A DNA stretch of 64,000 bases, taken from the NCBI GenBank assembly GCA_024763055.1, contig JANTGH010000001.1, forward strand, positions 877 to 64,876. Direction: 5' to 3'. The notes below the pieces were generated by a model, which was given only the letters and a program-made list of their open reading frames with translations, ran no database searches and had not been told where the DNA came from. This document shows positions 20,876 through 29,578 of the stretch, one piece after another (position 1 is the first letter of the stretch; every line of letters begins with the position of its first letter). Origin of the DNA: Desulfobulbaceae bacterium (lineage in GTDB: Bacteria > Desulfobacterota > Desulfobulbia > Desulfobulbales > Desulfobulbaceae). The position numbers were made by a program, and so were the translations under genes.

Positions 20876-21280
20876 ATGCCGACAAGAGTAATGAAAATAG
20901 GGATAATGTCCAAAGAAGATTACATCAAACGAACCCTGGCAATCGCTAAAGGTACTTACAAACCAAGAAAAGATGAACCTAAGGTATGGTTTGAATCCAC
21001 AAAATCAATGTCTCAGATTTTAAGCGCTGAGAATCAAAAATTATTACGTGCTATTATCGAGAACAATCCCCATTCCATTACTGAGCTTGAGAAAATAACA
21101 AACAGAAAGAAATCGAACCTTTCTCGCACCCTGAAGACATTAGAGAAGTATGGTATTGTTGAGCTACAAAAAATAAAAGGCAAAATTTCACCAAAGGTAA
21201 AAGCAACTGATTTTCGAGTTGAATTTGGCCTTCATTACAGCGCTCCGGTCCCTAACCTGCTAACATCCCGAATAAATTAA
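20876..21280 (+). CDS. Winged-helix DNA-binding protein (MarR/HVO_A0114-like; TumA-type putative antitoxin)
   Basis: 134 aa. LLRAIIENNPHSITELEKITNRKKSNLSRTLKTLEKYGIVEL is a classic wHTH. It starts 9 nt after the DUF6516 gene. Confidence 0.55.
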   Translation: MPTRVMKIGIMSKEDYIKRTLAIAKGTYKPRKDEPKVWFESTKSMSQILSAENQKLLRAIIENNPHSITELEKITNRKKSNLSRTLKTLEKYGIVELQKIKGKISPKVKATDFRVEFGLHYSAPVPNLLTSRIN

Positions 21281-21411
21281 TTAACGATGACTTGGGTTGC
21301 ATCTGTTTTTCAAATGACCATGGTACGTCATTCAAGTTTATCGTTTTGCATTCAAGTGGCCGGGTTTACGCTTGGGGCAGGTGAGTTCAGTCGATAAACA
21401 CGGAGCAAAGA

Positions 21412-22179
21412 ATGCTTGAACTGAAATCCGTTCATAAAAATTTCGGCGGTCTGCAGGCGGTGCAGAATGTCTCCTTTTCCGTTGCTCCCGGCAGTATCAA
21501 GGCCGTTATCGGTCCCAACGGTGCCGGTAAAACGACGCTTTTTAACCTGATCTCCGGTAACGTAAATGTTTCGTCCGGCACTATTCTTTTTCAGGGTCGG
21601 GAAATTCAGGGATTGAAGCCGCATAAAATCGCGGCCATGGGTATGGCGCGCACCTTTCAGAATATTAATCTCTTTCATGGTATGACCGCTCTTGAATCGG
21701 TCATGGTCGGCAGGCATGTCCGCAGTCGGGCAGGGTTCATGGCCGGTATGCTGCGCACCCCGGCCACCTGGAAGGAAGAACGGGAAATCCGGGAAAAATC
21801 CATGCAGTTGCTGCGCCTGCTTGAAATTGAAGAGTTTGCCGATGTTGATGCCACCAGCCTCGCCTTTGGTCAGCAGCGGGCGGTGGAAATGGCAAGGGCA
21901 CTGGCCACGGAGCCGAAACTGCTGCTTCTTGATGAACCGGCGGCAGGCTTAAATATTTATGAGACCGCCGAGGTCGGCCGTCTGATTACTAAAATTCGGG
22001 ATATGGGTATCACCGTGCTGCTGGTTGAGCATGATATGTCCCTGGTGATGGATATTTCAGATGAGATCGTTGTCCTCAGTTTCGGCTGTAAAATTGCCGA
22101 AGACGTGCCTGCAGCCATTCAACGAAATCCTGAGGTAATTAAAATTTATCTCGGCGAGGATGAGGAGGCCGTAGTCTGA
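21412..22179 (+). CDS. livG: Branched-chain amino acid ABC transporter ATP-binding protein
   Basis: Walker A GPNGAGKTT, Walker B LLLLDEPAAGL and a LivG-type C-terminus. Confidence 0.9.
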   Translation: MLELKSVHKNFGGLQAVQNVSFSVAPGSIKAVIGPNGAGKTTLFNLISGNVNVSSGTILFQGREIQGLKPHKIAAMGMARTFQNINLFHGMTALESVMVGRHVRSRAGFMAGMLRTPATWKEEREIREKSMQLLRLLEIEEFADVDATSLAFGQQRAVEMARALATEPKLLLLDEPAAGLNIYETAEVGRLITKIRDMGITVLLVEHDMSLVMDISDEIVVLSFGCKIAEDVPAAIQRNPEVIKIYLGEDEEAVV

Positions 22180-22181
22180 TC

Positions 22182-22907
22182 ATGCTCAAAGTACGCAACC
22201 TGGATAGTGGTTACGGGAAACTGCGGGTCCTGAAAAATATCTCCCTGCATGTGGATGCAGGTGAGATCGTGACCATGATCGGCGCCAACGGCGCCGGAAA
22301 AACAACCCTGCTCAGCACTGTTATCGGTCTTGTCCCGGCAGAATCGGGTGAAATCGTTTTTCGGAATCAGGACTGTACGAAAAAGGCCGCCCGCTGGATC
22401 GTTGCCGCCGGTTGCGTTCTGGTGCCGGAGGGCAGACAGGTGTTTGCCACCATGAGCGTTGAAGAAAATCTCATTCTTGGCGGCTACGTGCTGCAGAAAG
22501 CAGAGGGGAAACGGGCGGTGGACAAGGAGATTTGCCACCAGTATGAACTGTTTCCCGTGCTCAGGGAGCGCAGCCGGCAGCTTGCCGGCACCCTGTCCGG
22601 CGGCGAGCAGCAGATGCTGGCCATGGGCCGGGCGCTTATGTCCAGGCCCAGGTTGGTGATGATGGATGAGCCTTCCACCGGGCTGGCGCCGTTGGTGGTT
22701 CGTGATATTTTTCGGGTGATCGCCCGGCTGCGTGATGAAGGCTCCACCGTTCTTCTTGTGGAGCAGAATGCCCGGGCGGCGCTGGCCATTGCCGATCGCG
22801 GCTATGTACTGGAAACCGGCAAGATTATTGTTCAGGGTCCAGCTGAAGATCTGCTGGCCAACCGGGATGTGCAGCGGGCCTACCTCGGCAGGGAAAAAAT
22901 AGAGTGA
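22182..22907 (+). CDS. livF: Branched-chain amino acid ABC transporter ATP-binding protein
   Basis: Walker A GANGAGKTT, signature LSGGEQQML and Walker B VMMDEPSTGL. Confidence 0.9.
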   Translation: MLKVRNLDSGYGKLRVLKNISLHVDAGEIVTMIGANGAGKTTLLSTVIGLVPAESGEIVFRNQDCTKKAARWIVAAGCVLVPEGRQVFATMSVEENLILGGYVLQKAEGKRAVDKEICHQYELFPVLRERSRQLAGTLSGGEQQMLAMGRALMSRPRLVMMDEPSTGLAPLVVRDIFRVIARLRDEGSTVLLVEQNARAALAIADRGYVLETGKIIVQGPAEDLLANRDVQRAYLGREKIE

Positions 22908-22946
22908 TTTTTGCCCTCCAGGGTGAACCATTCAAAACAGAGGTGG

Positions 22947-23026
22947 GTAGGAGCGGGTTGTAGCCACAAATTTTATGTCGTATCTATTGCGACTGAAGCA
23001 ATGTTCGCGGCTGAAGCCGCTCCTAC
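22947..23026. repeat. REP-like palindromic unit (GTAGGAGCGG...CCGCTCCTAC)
   Basis: GTAGGAGCGGGTTGTAGCC at the left end and GGCTGAAGCCGCTCCTAC at the right. A half-unit, GTAGGAGCGGATTCAGCCGCGA, recurs at 25264-25285. Confidence 0.5.
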
Positions 23027-23035
23027 GCTTTTTTT

Positions 23036-23189
23036 GTAACCGTTCACCAAGGGCAACAAGTTGCTAACGAGCTCAGGTCTGTAAGCGTTTACCAGTGCTC
23101 CAGGTTCGTTCAAGCAGGCTTGCGAATCTATAGCCCGCCTATGTGAGCAAGACTGATCGGACGAAGATGGGGTGCTGGTGAACGCTTAC
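23036..23189. repeat. MITE-like repeat, GTAAsnGTTCAsSAG-TIR family, copy 1
   Basis: GTAACCGTTCACCAAG at the left and CTGGTGAACGCTTAC at the right. It shares the inner block GAAGATGGGGTGCT with the copy at 54809-54916. Confidence 0.55.
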
Positions 23190-23226
23190 CTTTTTTTTAT
23201 GATGGAAATTCAGGAGGAAGGCACTT

Positions 23227-24525
23227 ATGTATTGGGAACCGGAAAGAGAATGTATGCCCAGGGAGGACCTGGAGCAGTTACAACTGGAACGTCTGCAGTC
23301 CACCCTGTACCGGGTGGGGACCCATGTGCCGTTTTATAAGAAAAAATTTACCGAGCTCAAACTTGATTTTGAGGATATCCGCAGCCTGGATGACATTCGG
23401 CGTCTGCCTTTCACCGTCAAGCAGGACCTGCGCGACAACTATCCCTACGGGCTCTTTGCTGTGCCGCTCAGGGATGTGGTCCGGGTGCATTCTTCCTCCG
23501 GAACCACGGGTCTGGCCACGGTCGTCGGCTACAGTCGCAACGACATAAAAAACTGGTCCAACCTGGTGGCCCGTGTCCTTACCGGCACCGGAGTGACCAA
23601 GGATGATGTCATCCAGATAGCTTTTGGCTACGGCCTGTTCACCGGAGGGTTTGGCCTGCATTACGGCGCTGAACGTCTTGGCGCTTCGGTTATTCCGATT
23701 TCCGCCGGCAATACCAAAAGGCAGATTCAGATCATGCAGGATTTTAAGACCACGGCCCTGGTCTGTACCCCTTCCTATGCCCTGATTATTGCCGACACCA
23801 TGATGGAGATGGGCGTTAATCCAAATGGTCTTTCCCTGCGCTACGGACTGTTCGGGGCCGAGCCCTGGTCCGAGGCCATGCGGAGGGAAATTAATGAAAA
23901 ACTGGGTATTCGGGCTACGGATAACTATGGGCTGTCCGAAGTTATGGGACCTGGGGTTGCCGGTGAGTGCGAGGAGTGTAACGGACTTCATATCAATGAG
24001 GATCATTTCCTCCTGGAAGTGGTTGACCCCGAAACCCTGGAGCCGGTACCGCCCGGCGAGGTCGGCGAACTGGTGATTACAACGCTCACCAAAGAGGCCT
24101 TTCCCATGATCCGTTATCGGACCCGCGACTTGACCCGGCTTATCCCCGAACCCTGTCCCTGCGGCCGGACACTGATGCGGATGCAGCGGGTTATGGGGCG
24201 TAGTGATGATATGCTGATCATCAAGGGGGTGAATGTTTTTCCCGTCCAGATTGAAAAGGTTCTCTTTGAGATCGAAGGAACCGAGCCCCATTACCAGATC
24301 ATTGTCGAGCGGGAAAATCACTCCGATAAGGTGACGGTCATGGTGGAGGTGAATGAATCAATTTTCTTTGATGAGATGAAAAAACAGCGCCAAATGGTTG
24401 ACCATATCAAGGCCCGCCTGGCCTCGGAATTAGGGATCGGTGTTAACGTTAAGCTGGTGGAAGAGAAAACCCTGGAACGATCCGAGGGGAAATCAAAACG
24501 AGTCATTGACAAACGGAAATTATAA
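23227..24525 (+). CDS. paaK: Phenylacetate-CoA ligase family, paralogue 2
   Basis: [14 protein letters not shown] and IIKGVNVFP blocks. Clearly homologous along its full length to the 14923-16230 product but diverged from it. Confidence 0.9.
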   Translation: MYWEPERECMPREDLEQLQLERLQSTLYRVGTHVPFYKKKFTELKLDFEDIRSLDDIRRLPFTVKQDLRDNYPYGLFAVPLRDVVRVHSSSGTTGLATVVGYSRNDIKNWSNLVARVLTGTGVTKDDVIQIAFGYGLFTGGFGLHYGAERLGASVIPISAGNTKRQIQIMQDFKTTALVCTPSYALIIADTMMEMGVNPNGLSLRYGLFGAEPWSEAMRREINEKLGIRATDNYGLSEVMGPGVAGECEECNGLHINEDHFLLEVVDPETLEPVPPGEVGELVITTLTKEAFPMIRYRTRDLTRLIPEPCPCGRTLMRMQRVMGRSDDMLIIKGVNVFPVQIEKVLFEIEGTEPHYQIIVERENHSDKVTVMVEVNESIFFDEMKKQRQMVDHIKARLASELGIGVNVKLVEEKTLERSEGKSKRVIDKRKL

Positions 24526-24527
24526 CG

Positions 24528-25238
24528 ATGCGTTTACGTGCCGATGGTCGGGCCGATAATGAGTTGCGTCCGGTCTCTCTAAAATATGATGCCCAGCCCC
24601 ATGCCGATGGATCGGTCCTGATCAGGATGGGCGGCACTCATGTCCTGTGCGGGGTATCCATAGAAGACAAGGTGCCGCCTTTTTTGCAGGGGCAGGGTAA
24701 GGGCTGGATTACCGCCGAATATGGAATGCTGCCCTGCGCCACTCACAGCCGGGGCAGGCGTGAGGCTGCCGTGGGCCGTTCCGGCCGCACCTACGAAATC
24801 CAGCGGCTCATCGGCCGTTCCCTGCGTATGATGGTTGATTTGACCGATCTGGGAGAACATACTCTGCGGGTGGATTGCGACGTGATCAACGCCGACGGCT
24901 CCACCCGTTGCGCCTCCATTACCGGGGCTGCTCTGGCCCTTAAGCAGGCCCTGAAGAAGATGGTTGCGGCAGGGAAACTGATCGCCCTACCGCAGATCAT
25001 GCCGGTGGCGGCGGTCAGCGCCGGGGTGGTGGCCGGTCGTGCCGTCCTTGATCTGGATTACAGCGAAGATTCGACCGCCGAGGTGGATGCCAACTTTGTC
25101 ATGAACGGCGACGGACGATTTATCGAGTTGCAGTGTACGGCAGAAGGAAAACCCTTTGATCCGGACATGCTTGCGCAGATGAGCGGCCTTGCCCGCCAGG
25201 GAATTACAGAGCTGCTTCACCTATGGGACAACGGGTAA
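24528..25238 (+). CDS. rph: Ribonuclease PH
   Basis: [14 protein letters not shown] at the N-terminus and a TAEYGMLP...RE block. Length 236 aa. Confidence 0.95.
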   Translation: MRLRADGRADNELRPVSLKYDAQPHADGSVLIRMGGTHVLCGVSIEDKVPPFLQGQGKGWITAEYGMLPCATHSRGRREAAVGRSGRTYEIQRLIGRSLRMMVDLTDLGEHTLRVDCDVINADGSTRCASITGAALALKQALKKMVAAGKLIALPQIMPVAAVSAGVVAGRAVLDLDYSEDSTAEVDANFVMNGDGRFIELQCTAEGKPFDPDMLAQMSGLARQGITELLHLWDNG

Positions 25239-25287
25239 TCAATAGCGAATCTTTCTTTGCAGCGTAGGAGCGGATTCAGCCGCGATT

Positions 25288-25797
25288 TTATGCTTTCTGC
25301 TCATTCGTCAACCGCCGCAATATTTCCAGTCCATCCGGGGTGAACGGTTCTTTTTTGCTTAAATGAAGGGCCTTGTCAATGGGCATAAACCATCCGTCTG
25401 CAACTTCTTCCGGCTGGAAGGTAAACGGGCCTTCATGGATGCAGGAAAATATCCTCCCCCACACCCGGTTGTCCGTATCTTCGTAATACTGATCAAAAAG
25501 AAAGCGTAATTTTATCCTGATGCCCAACTCCTCATCCAGTTCCCGCTCGGCCGACTGTTCGTAACTCTCTCCGGCCAGGACCACGCCGCCTGCGGCCACA
25601 TCAAGATAGCCGGGATACATGTCCTTGTTCATGGTCCGCTTCTGGACGAAAAGCTCCTGCTTGTTATTGAACACCAGGATATACGAGGCCCGGTGGATCA
25701 GTCGCTGCCTGCGCATGATGTGGCGGGCGACCGCGCCTATTTCGTTGTCGTCCGCATCAACAATCTGGACAATTTCCTGGTCGGGATGGGTGATCAT
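25288..25797 (-). CDS. NUDIX hydrolase
   Basis: Nudix box GGVVLAGESYEQSAERELDEELGI. Confidence 0.85.
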   Translation of the reverse strand: MITHPDQEIVQIVDADDNEIGAVARHIMRRQRLIHRASYILVFNNKQELFVQKRTMNKDMYPGYLDVAAGGVVLAGESYEQSAERELDEELGIRIKLRFLFDQYYEDTDNRVWGRIFSCIHEGPFTFQPEEVADGWFMPIDKALHLSKKEPFTPDGLEILRRLTNEQKA

Positions 25798-27995
25798 GAT
25801 GCATCTTCCTCCAGCTCATTTCGGTGGCGAAATTCAAAACAGCGGTGCGCGCTTCCCTTGTGTTTAAAATCCATCGGCAGGGTCTGGTCGGTGATTTCCT
25901 TAACACCAAAGTCACGCAGCAGGCCCGGCGCCAGGGAAAATTTTTTGAAATTGGTGGAAAAAAGCAAAATGCCCTCTCTGGAGAGGTGTTCCATGGCAAG
26001 GCGAAGAAGCTCCTCATGCTCGTCCTGGATGGAAAAGGACTGTTTTCGGTGCCGATTATTGGAAAAGGTCGGCGGATCAACAAAAATCACCCCATACCGT
26101 CCGCGTTCGCTTTTCAGCCACTGCATGCAGTCGGCACAGATGGTGGTATGGAGCGGCCCGCCATACCCATTAAGCGAAAGATTAGCCTGGGTTCGGGTCA
26201 GGTATTTTTCAGAGATATCAACAGTCGTCGTTGAGGTTGCCCCGTGCATGGCCGCATACACGGTGGCTGAGCCGGTATATCCGTATAAATTGAGAAAGGT
26301 GTGGCCGCGGGCAAGCTCACCGATGCGGGCCCGGGTCTTCCGGTGATCTAAAAAAAGACCGGTATCGAGAAAATCCGTAAAGTTGACCAGAAATTCGGCT
26401 CCGCCCTCATGGACGACAAAGAGTTTTCCCTCTCTCTGTTTTTTCTGGTACTGGCTTCTGCCCTTTTGCGGTTTCCTGGTTTTTATAAAGAGTTGGCTGC
26501 GTTCAAGGGAAAACAGCTGACGAAGGACCTGCAGACCGGTGGTGAACCGCTCCGAGGCCTTTTGGGAATCAACGGATTTGGGCGGTGCATATTCCTGGAC
26601 ATGGACAAATCGTTCATAGATGTCAATGGCCAGATTATATTCGGGCATGTCGGCGTCATAGAGACGAAAACATGAGATATCATTTTCTTGTGCCCAGGGG
26701 GAAAGCCGGTCCCAGTTTTTACGCAGACGGTTGGCCAGCTCACCGCCCGGACCGGAAATATCTTCATCTGATATCCGCAGCCTGCCGGGCGGTTGTTTGG
26801 CGCGCGCCTTATGATCACCGACCATAAGGCGGCATTTGATCGGACCATTATAGAGCGGATATCGTCCGTCCCATTTGAGACCGACCAGATCGGCGAGATC
26901 AGGATTGGCAGAGAAAAATCCCATCCGCCATCCGGGAAAGTCTTCGGCAAAGCGCCACCCTAAAAACCGATACAGGTATTTCACGGCTTCTTTTTCGGAA
27001 AGCCGCTCACCATAGGGCGGATTGGTAATTATTAGGCCGTTTTTTCCGGGACAATGGAGTCTGGCAAGCTGTGCCTGTTTAATGATGATGTTGTCACCAA
27101 GTCCGGCCCGGGCAACATTTTTTCGGGCGGCAGCCACGGCCAGGGGATCGGCATCATAGCCGATGATCTGCGGCCAGGGCCTGCTCTGGCCCGCTTCCTC
27201 ACGCTCCAGCGCCTCGGTGACAAGGGCGTCCCATATCTTTTTACTGTGCCGTTTCCAGTACATGAATCCGAAATTTTTCGTGTTCCTCTGCAGTCCCGGC
27301 GCTGAATCACTGAAGATGAGGGCCGCTTCAATCAGCAGGGTGCCGGAGCCGCACATGGGATCGAGCAGGATGGTGTCCGCCGGAAACGCGTTGTCAACCC
27401 CGCTTAAGTGGGCAATGGCGGCGGCCAGGGTCTCCTTGAGCGGGGCCGGGCCGCCCTGTTCCCGATAGCCGCGCCGGTGCAGGCTGTCTCCGGAGAGATC
27501 AAGAGCCAGGCTCGCTTTGTCACCCCTGATATGCAGGTTGAGGCGAATACCGGGTTTGCGGACATCAATATCTGGTCGTTTTCCGGTTCGCCAGCGAAAG
27601 TAGTCGACAATACCATCTTTGACGCGCAGAGAGGCGAAGTGAGAGTGGGTGATGGCGGAATCGGAGAGAGTGCAGTAGACGGCAAAAGTGGCCGTCGGTG
27701 AAAAATGGATATCCCATTCAATAGCATTCACCTGGTGGTACAGGGCATCGGTATCCGGAGCGTCAAAGCTTGCTAACTGCAGAAGTATGCGTGAGGAAAA
27801 TCTGGACCAGAGGCAGGCCCGGTAGGCTGTTTCCAGTTTACCGTTCCAGGAAACAGCGCCGGGCGCCGTGGTGATGTTTGTACCGCCGAATTCCTGGATT
27901 TCCGCCTTGACCAGATCTTCCAGGCCGGCGCTGCAGGTGGCGGTATAAAGTGGTGCTTTCTTGGCCGCGTTGCGTTTACGTCGGGTTGTTGTCAA
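25794..27995 (-). CDS. rlmL: Bifunctional 23S rRNA methyltransferase RlmKL (m2G2445/m7G2069)
   Basis: 733 aa. THUMP-type N-terminus, SAM motif DPMCGSGTLLIEAA, NPPYGERL, and a second C-terminal SAM-MTase domain. Confidence 0.9.
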   Translation of the reverse strand: MTTTRRKRNAAKKAPLYTATCSAGLEDLVKAEIQEFGGTNITTAPGAVSWNGKLETAYRACLWSRFSSRILLQLASFDAPDTDALYHQVNAIEWDIHFSPTATFAVYCTLSDSAITHSHFASLRVKDGIVDYFRWRTGKRPDIDVRKPGIRLNLHIRGDKASLALDLSGDSLHRRGYREQGGPAPLKETLAAAIAHLSGVDNAFPADTILLDPMCGSGTLLIEAALIFSDSAPGLQRNTKNFGFMYWKRHSKKIWDALVTEALEREEAGQSRPWPQIIGYDADPLAVAAARKNVARAGLGDNIIIKQAQLARLHCPGKNGLIITNPPYGERLSEKEAVKYLYRFLGWRFAEDFPGWRMGFFSANPDLADLVGLKWDGRYPLYNGPIKCRLMVGDHKARAKQPPGRLRISDEDISGPGGELANRLRKNWDRLSPWAQENDISCFRLYDADMPEYNLAIDIYERFVHVQEYAPPKSVDSQKASERFTTGLQVLRQLFSLERSQLFIKTRKPQKGRSQYQKKQREGKLFVVHEGGAEFLVNFTDFLDTGLFLDHRKTRARIGELARGHTFLNLYGYTGSATVYAAMHGATSTTTVDISEKYLTRTQANLSLNGYGGPLHTTICADCMQWLKSERGRYGVIFVDPPTFSNNRHRKQSFSIQDEHEELLRLAMEHLSREGILLFSTNFKKFSLAPGLLRDFGVKEITDQTLPMDFKHKGSAHRCFEFRHRNELEEDAS

Positions 27996-28094
27996 TGGTC
28001 AGACTCAATGGGAAAAGATTTATAGATGCACCTCGAAGGTGAGGAGATTCTTCAATGGGGGAAACTATCCGAAACCGATATTTTGTACAAGGGG

Positions 28095-28399
28095 GTAAGT
28101 GTTCACCAGTACCTCACGGAGTCTACGCTTACCTCTTCGTCCATTTTGAACTTCTCGAATAGCACCAGTATGCTTCAAAGTCAAACCTAAATCCTGCAGT
28201 TATCCGGCATTCGAACGTCGATACAGGCACATCTACTGTGTCGGCTTCACGAATTTCGTGCTCGATGGACCAACAGTACACCTGTGCCGAAATTCCCTTG
28301 CCTCCTTGTATCCGCACCCGTCTCAACGTTCTCGGTGCACGAACAACTGCAGGATTTAGGTCCAAAATGAACAAATCTAAGGCACTGGTAAACACTTAC
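28095..28399. repeat. Composite repeat: GTAAsnGTTCAsSAG-TIR family copy 2 carrying the 177-bp element
   Basis: GTAAGTGTTCACCAGTACC at the left and GGCACTGGTAAACACTTAC at the right. The internal block CTTCTCGAATAGCACCAGTATGCTTCAAAG is shared with 54809-54916. Confidence 0.6.
28185..28361. mobile_element. 177-bp MITE-like palindromic element, copy B (inverted relative to copy A)
   Basis: In my hand alignment the reverse complement differs from copy A at 9 of about 175 positions, with no indels. Confidence 0.7.
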
Positions 28400-28609
28400 A
28401 GGTCTGAGATATCCGAAACGTTGTAGTCCCGCTGAACGGTTACTACAAGAGAAAGGTCGTGCGGTTGATTTGCCGAATTTTTCTATATTTCTTGCCATCG
28501 TTTTTTACACAGCGTACAATAGTAAATATTCGGTCAATGTTTCATTAACTCTAATGAATAATTGACTAATTATACGGAATAGATCAAATAAATTGAAGAG
28601 GAAAACGCA

Positions 28610-29551
28610 TTGAGTCAGCCGAAAAAATGTTCGTATGACGAGAGTTGTGAGGATCTCAGGCAGAGGTTTGAACAGTTGCGCCGCAAGGAAGAACTTTTCA
28701 AGATTATGGCCGAATCTTCAGTCGATTGGGATGTCTGGTATGGTACCAGGGACCAGGCCGTTTATATTACCCCGAGTTGTCTGGATATCACCGGATATTC
28801 CCGGGATGTTTTCTATGATGACCCTCATTTCATTTCCTCCATCGTTCACCCGGATGATTTGGAGATTTTTCAGGAGCATCGGCGGCTTCATTATGTCAAG
28901 GCAACCGGTCCCGCCGAGGTAACCTTCCGCATTTTTCATAAAAATGGTGAGGTCCGCTGGATCTGGCACCAGTGTCAGGCGGTGTATTCCTCCGATGGCA
29001 CCTGGATTGGACGACGAACCACCAATAGGGATGTTACAACCCTTAAACAGGCCGAGGAACAATTGCAGCGCCTTTCAACAACCGATCCGTTAACGGGTGC
29101 CTATAACCGGAGGATGTTCATGGACCTGCTGGTCAGGGAGCTGCAGAGGGCCAGCCGTTACGGAGAGCCGTTTTCTCTTTTGATGTTTGATATTGATCAT
29201 TTTAAGAGGATCAATGATCAATATGGACATAATGCCGGGGACCGGGTTCTTCAGGAGGTTGTCCGCTTGAGCATGGAAACCATACGGCAGGCTGATACGC
29301 TGGCCCGCTGGGGAGGCGAGGAGTTCATGGTGTTATTGCCCCGCACCGGTGGCGATATGGCGCATGCTCTGGGGGAACGGTTGCGCTTGCGTATTGCCGA
29401 GCATGCCTTTGTTGACGCCGATCATTTGACGGTAAGCGTCGGCGTGACCAGTCTTGGGCGGGTTGATAGCATTGATTCACTGCTTAAACGCGTTGACGAG
29501 GCACTGTATACGGCAAAGGAATCCGGTCGCAACCGGGTTGTGACCGGGTAA
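28610..29551 (+). CDS. PAS-GGDEF diguanylate cyclase
   Basis: PAS domain followed by GGDEF with an intact GGEEF. An RQAD I-site lies five residues upstream of GGEEF. TTG start. Confidence 0.9.
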   Translation: MSQPKKCSYDESCEDLRQRFEQLRRKEELFKIMAESSVDWDVWYGTRDQAVYITPSCLDITGYSRDVFYDDPHFISSIVHPDDLEIFQEHRRLHYVKATGPAEVTFRIFHKNGEVRWIWHQCQAVYSSDGTWIGRRTTNRDVTTLKQAEEQLQRLSTTDPLTGAYNRRMFMDLLVRELQRASRYGEPFSLLMFDIDHFKRINDQYGHNAGDRVLQEVVRLSMETIRQADTLARWGGEEFMVLLPRTGGDMAHALGERLRLRIAEHAFVDADHLTVSVGVTSLGRVDSIDSLLKRVDEALYTAKESGRNRVVTG

Positions 29552-29578
29552 CATGAATGTGAGAAGTCGAAATCGACG

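Noticed and set aside
22146-24321. Long antisense ORFs: 22146-22931 (261 aa) and 23278-24321 (347 aa). Similar ones lie at 14890-15522, 12392-13018 and 8165-8842.
   Set aside because: Each lies opposite a gene with strong family motifs (livF, paaK, iorA, rSAM/ABC-F). Their translations are low-complexity and rich in G/P/R/H, with no motifs. These are typical shadow ORFs.
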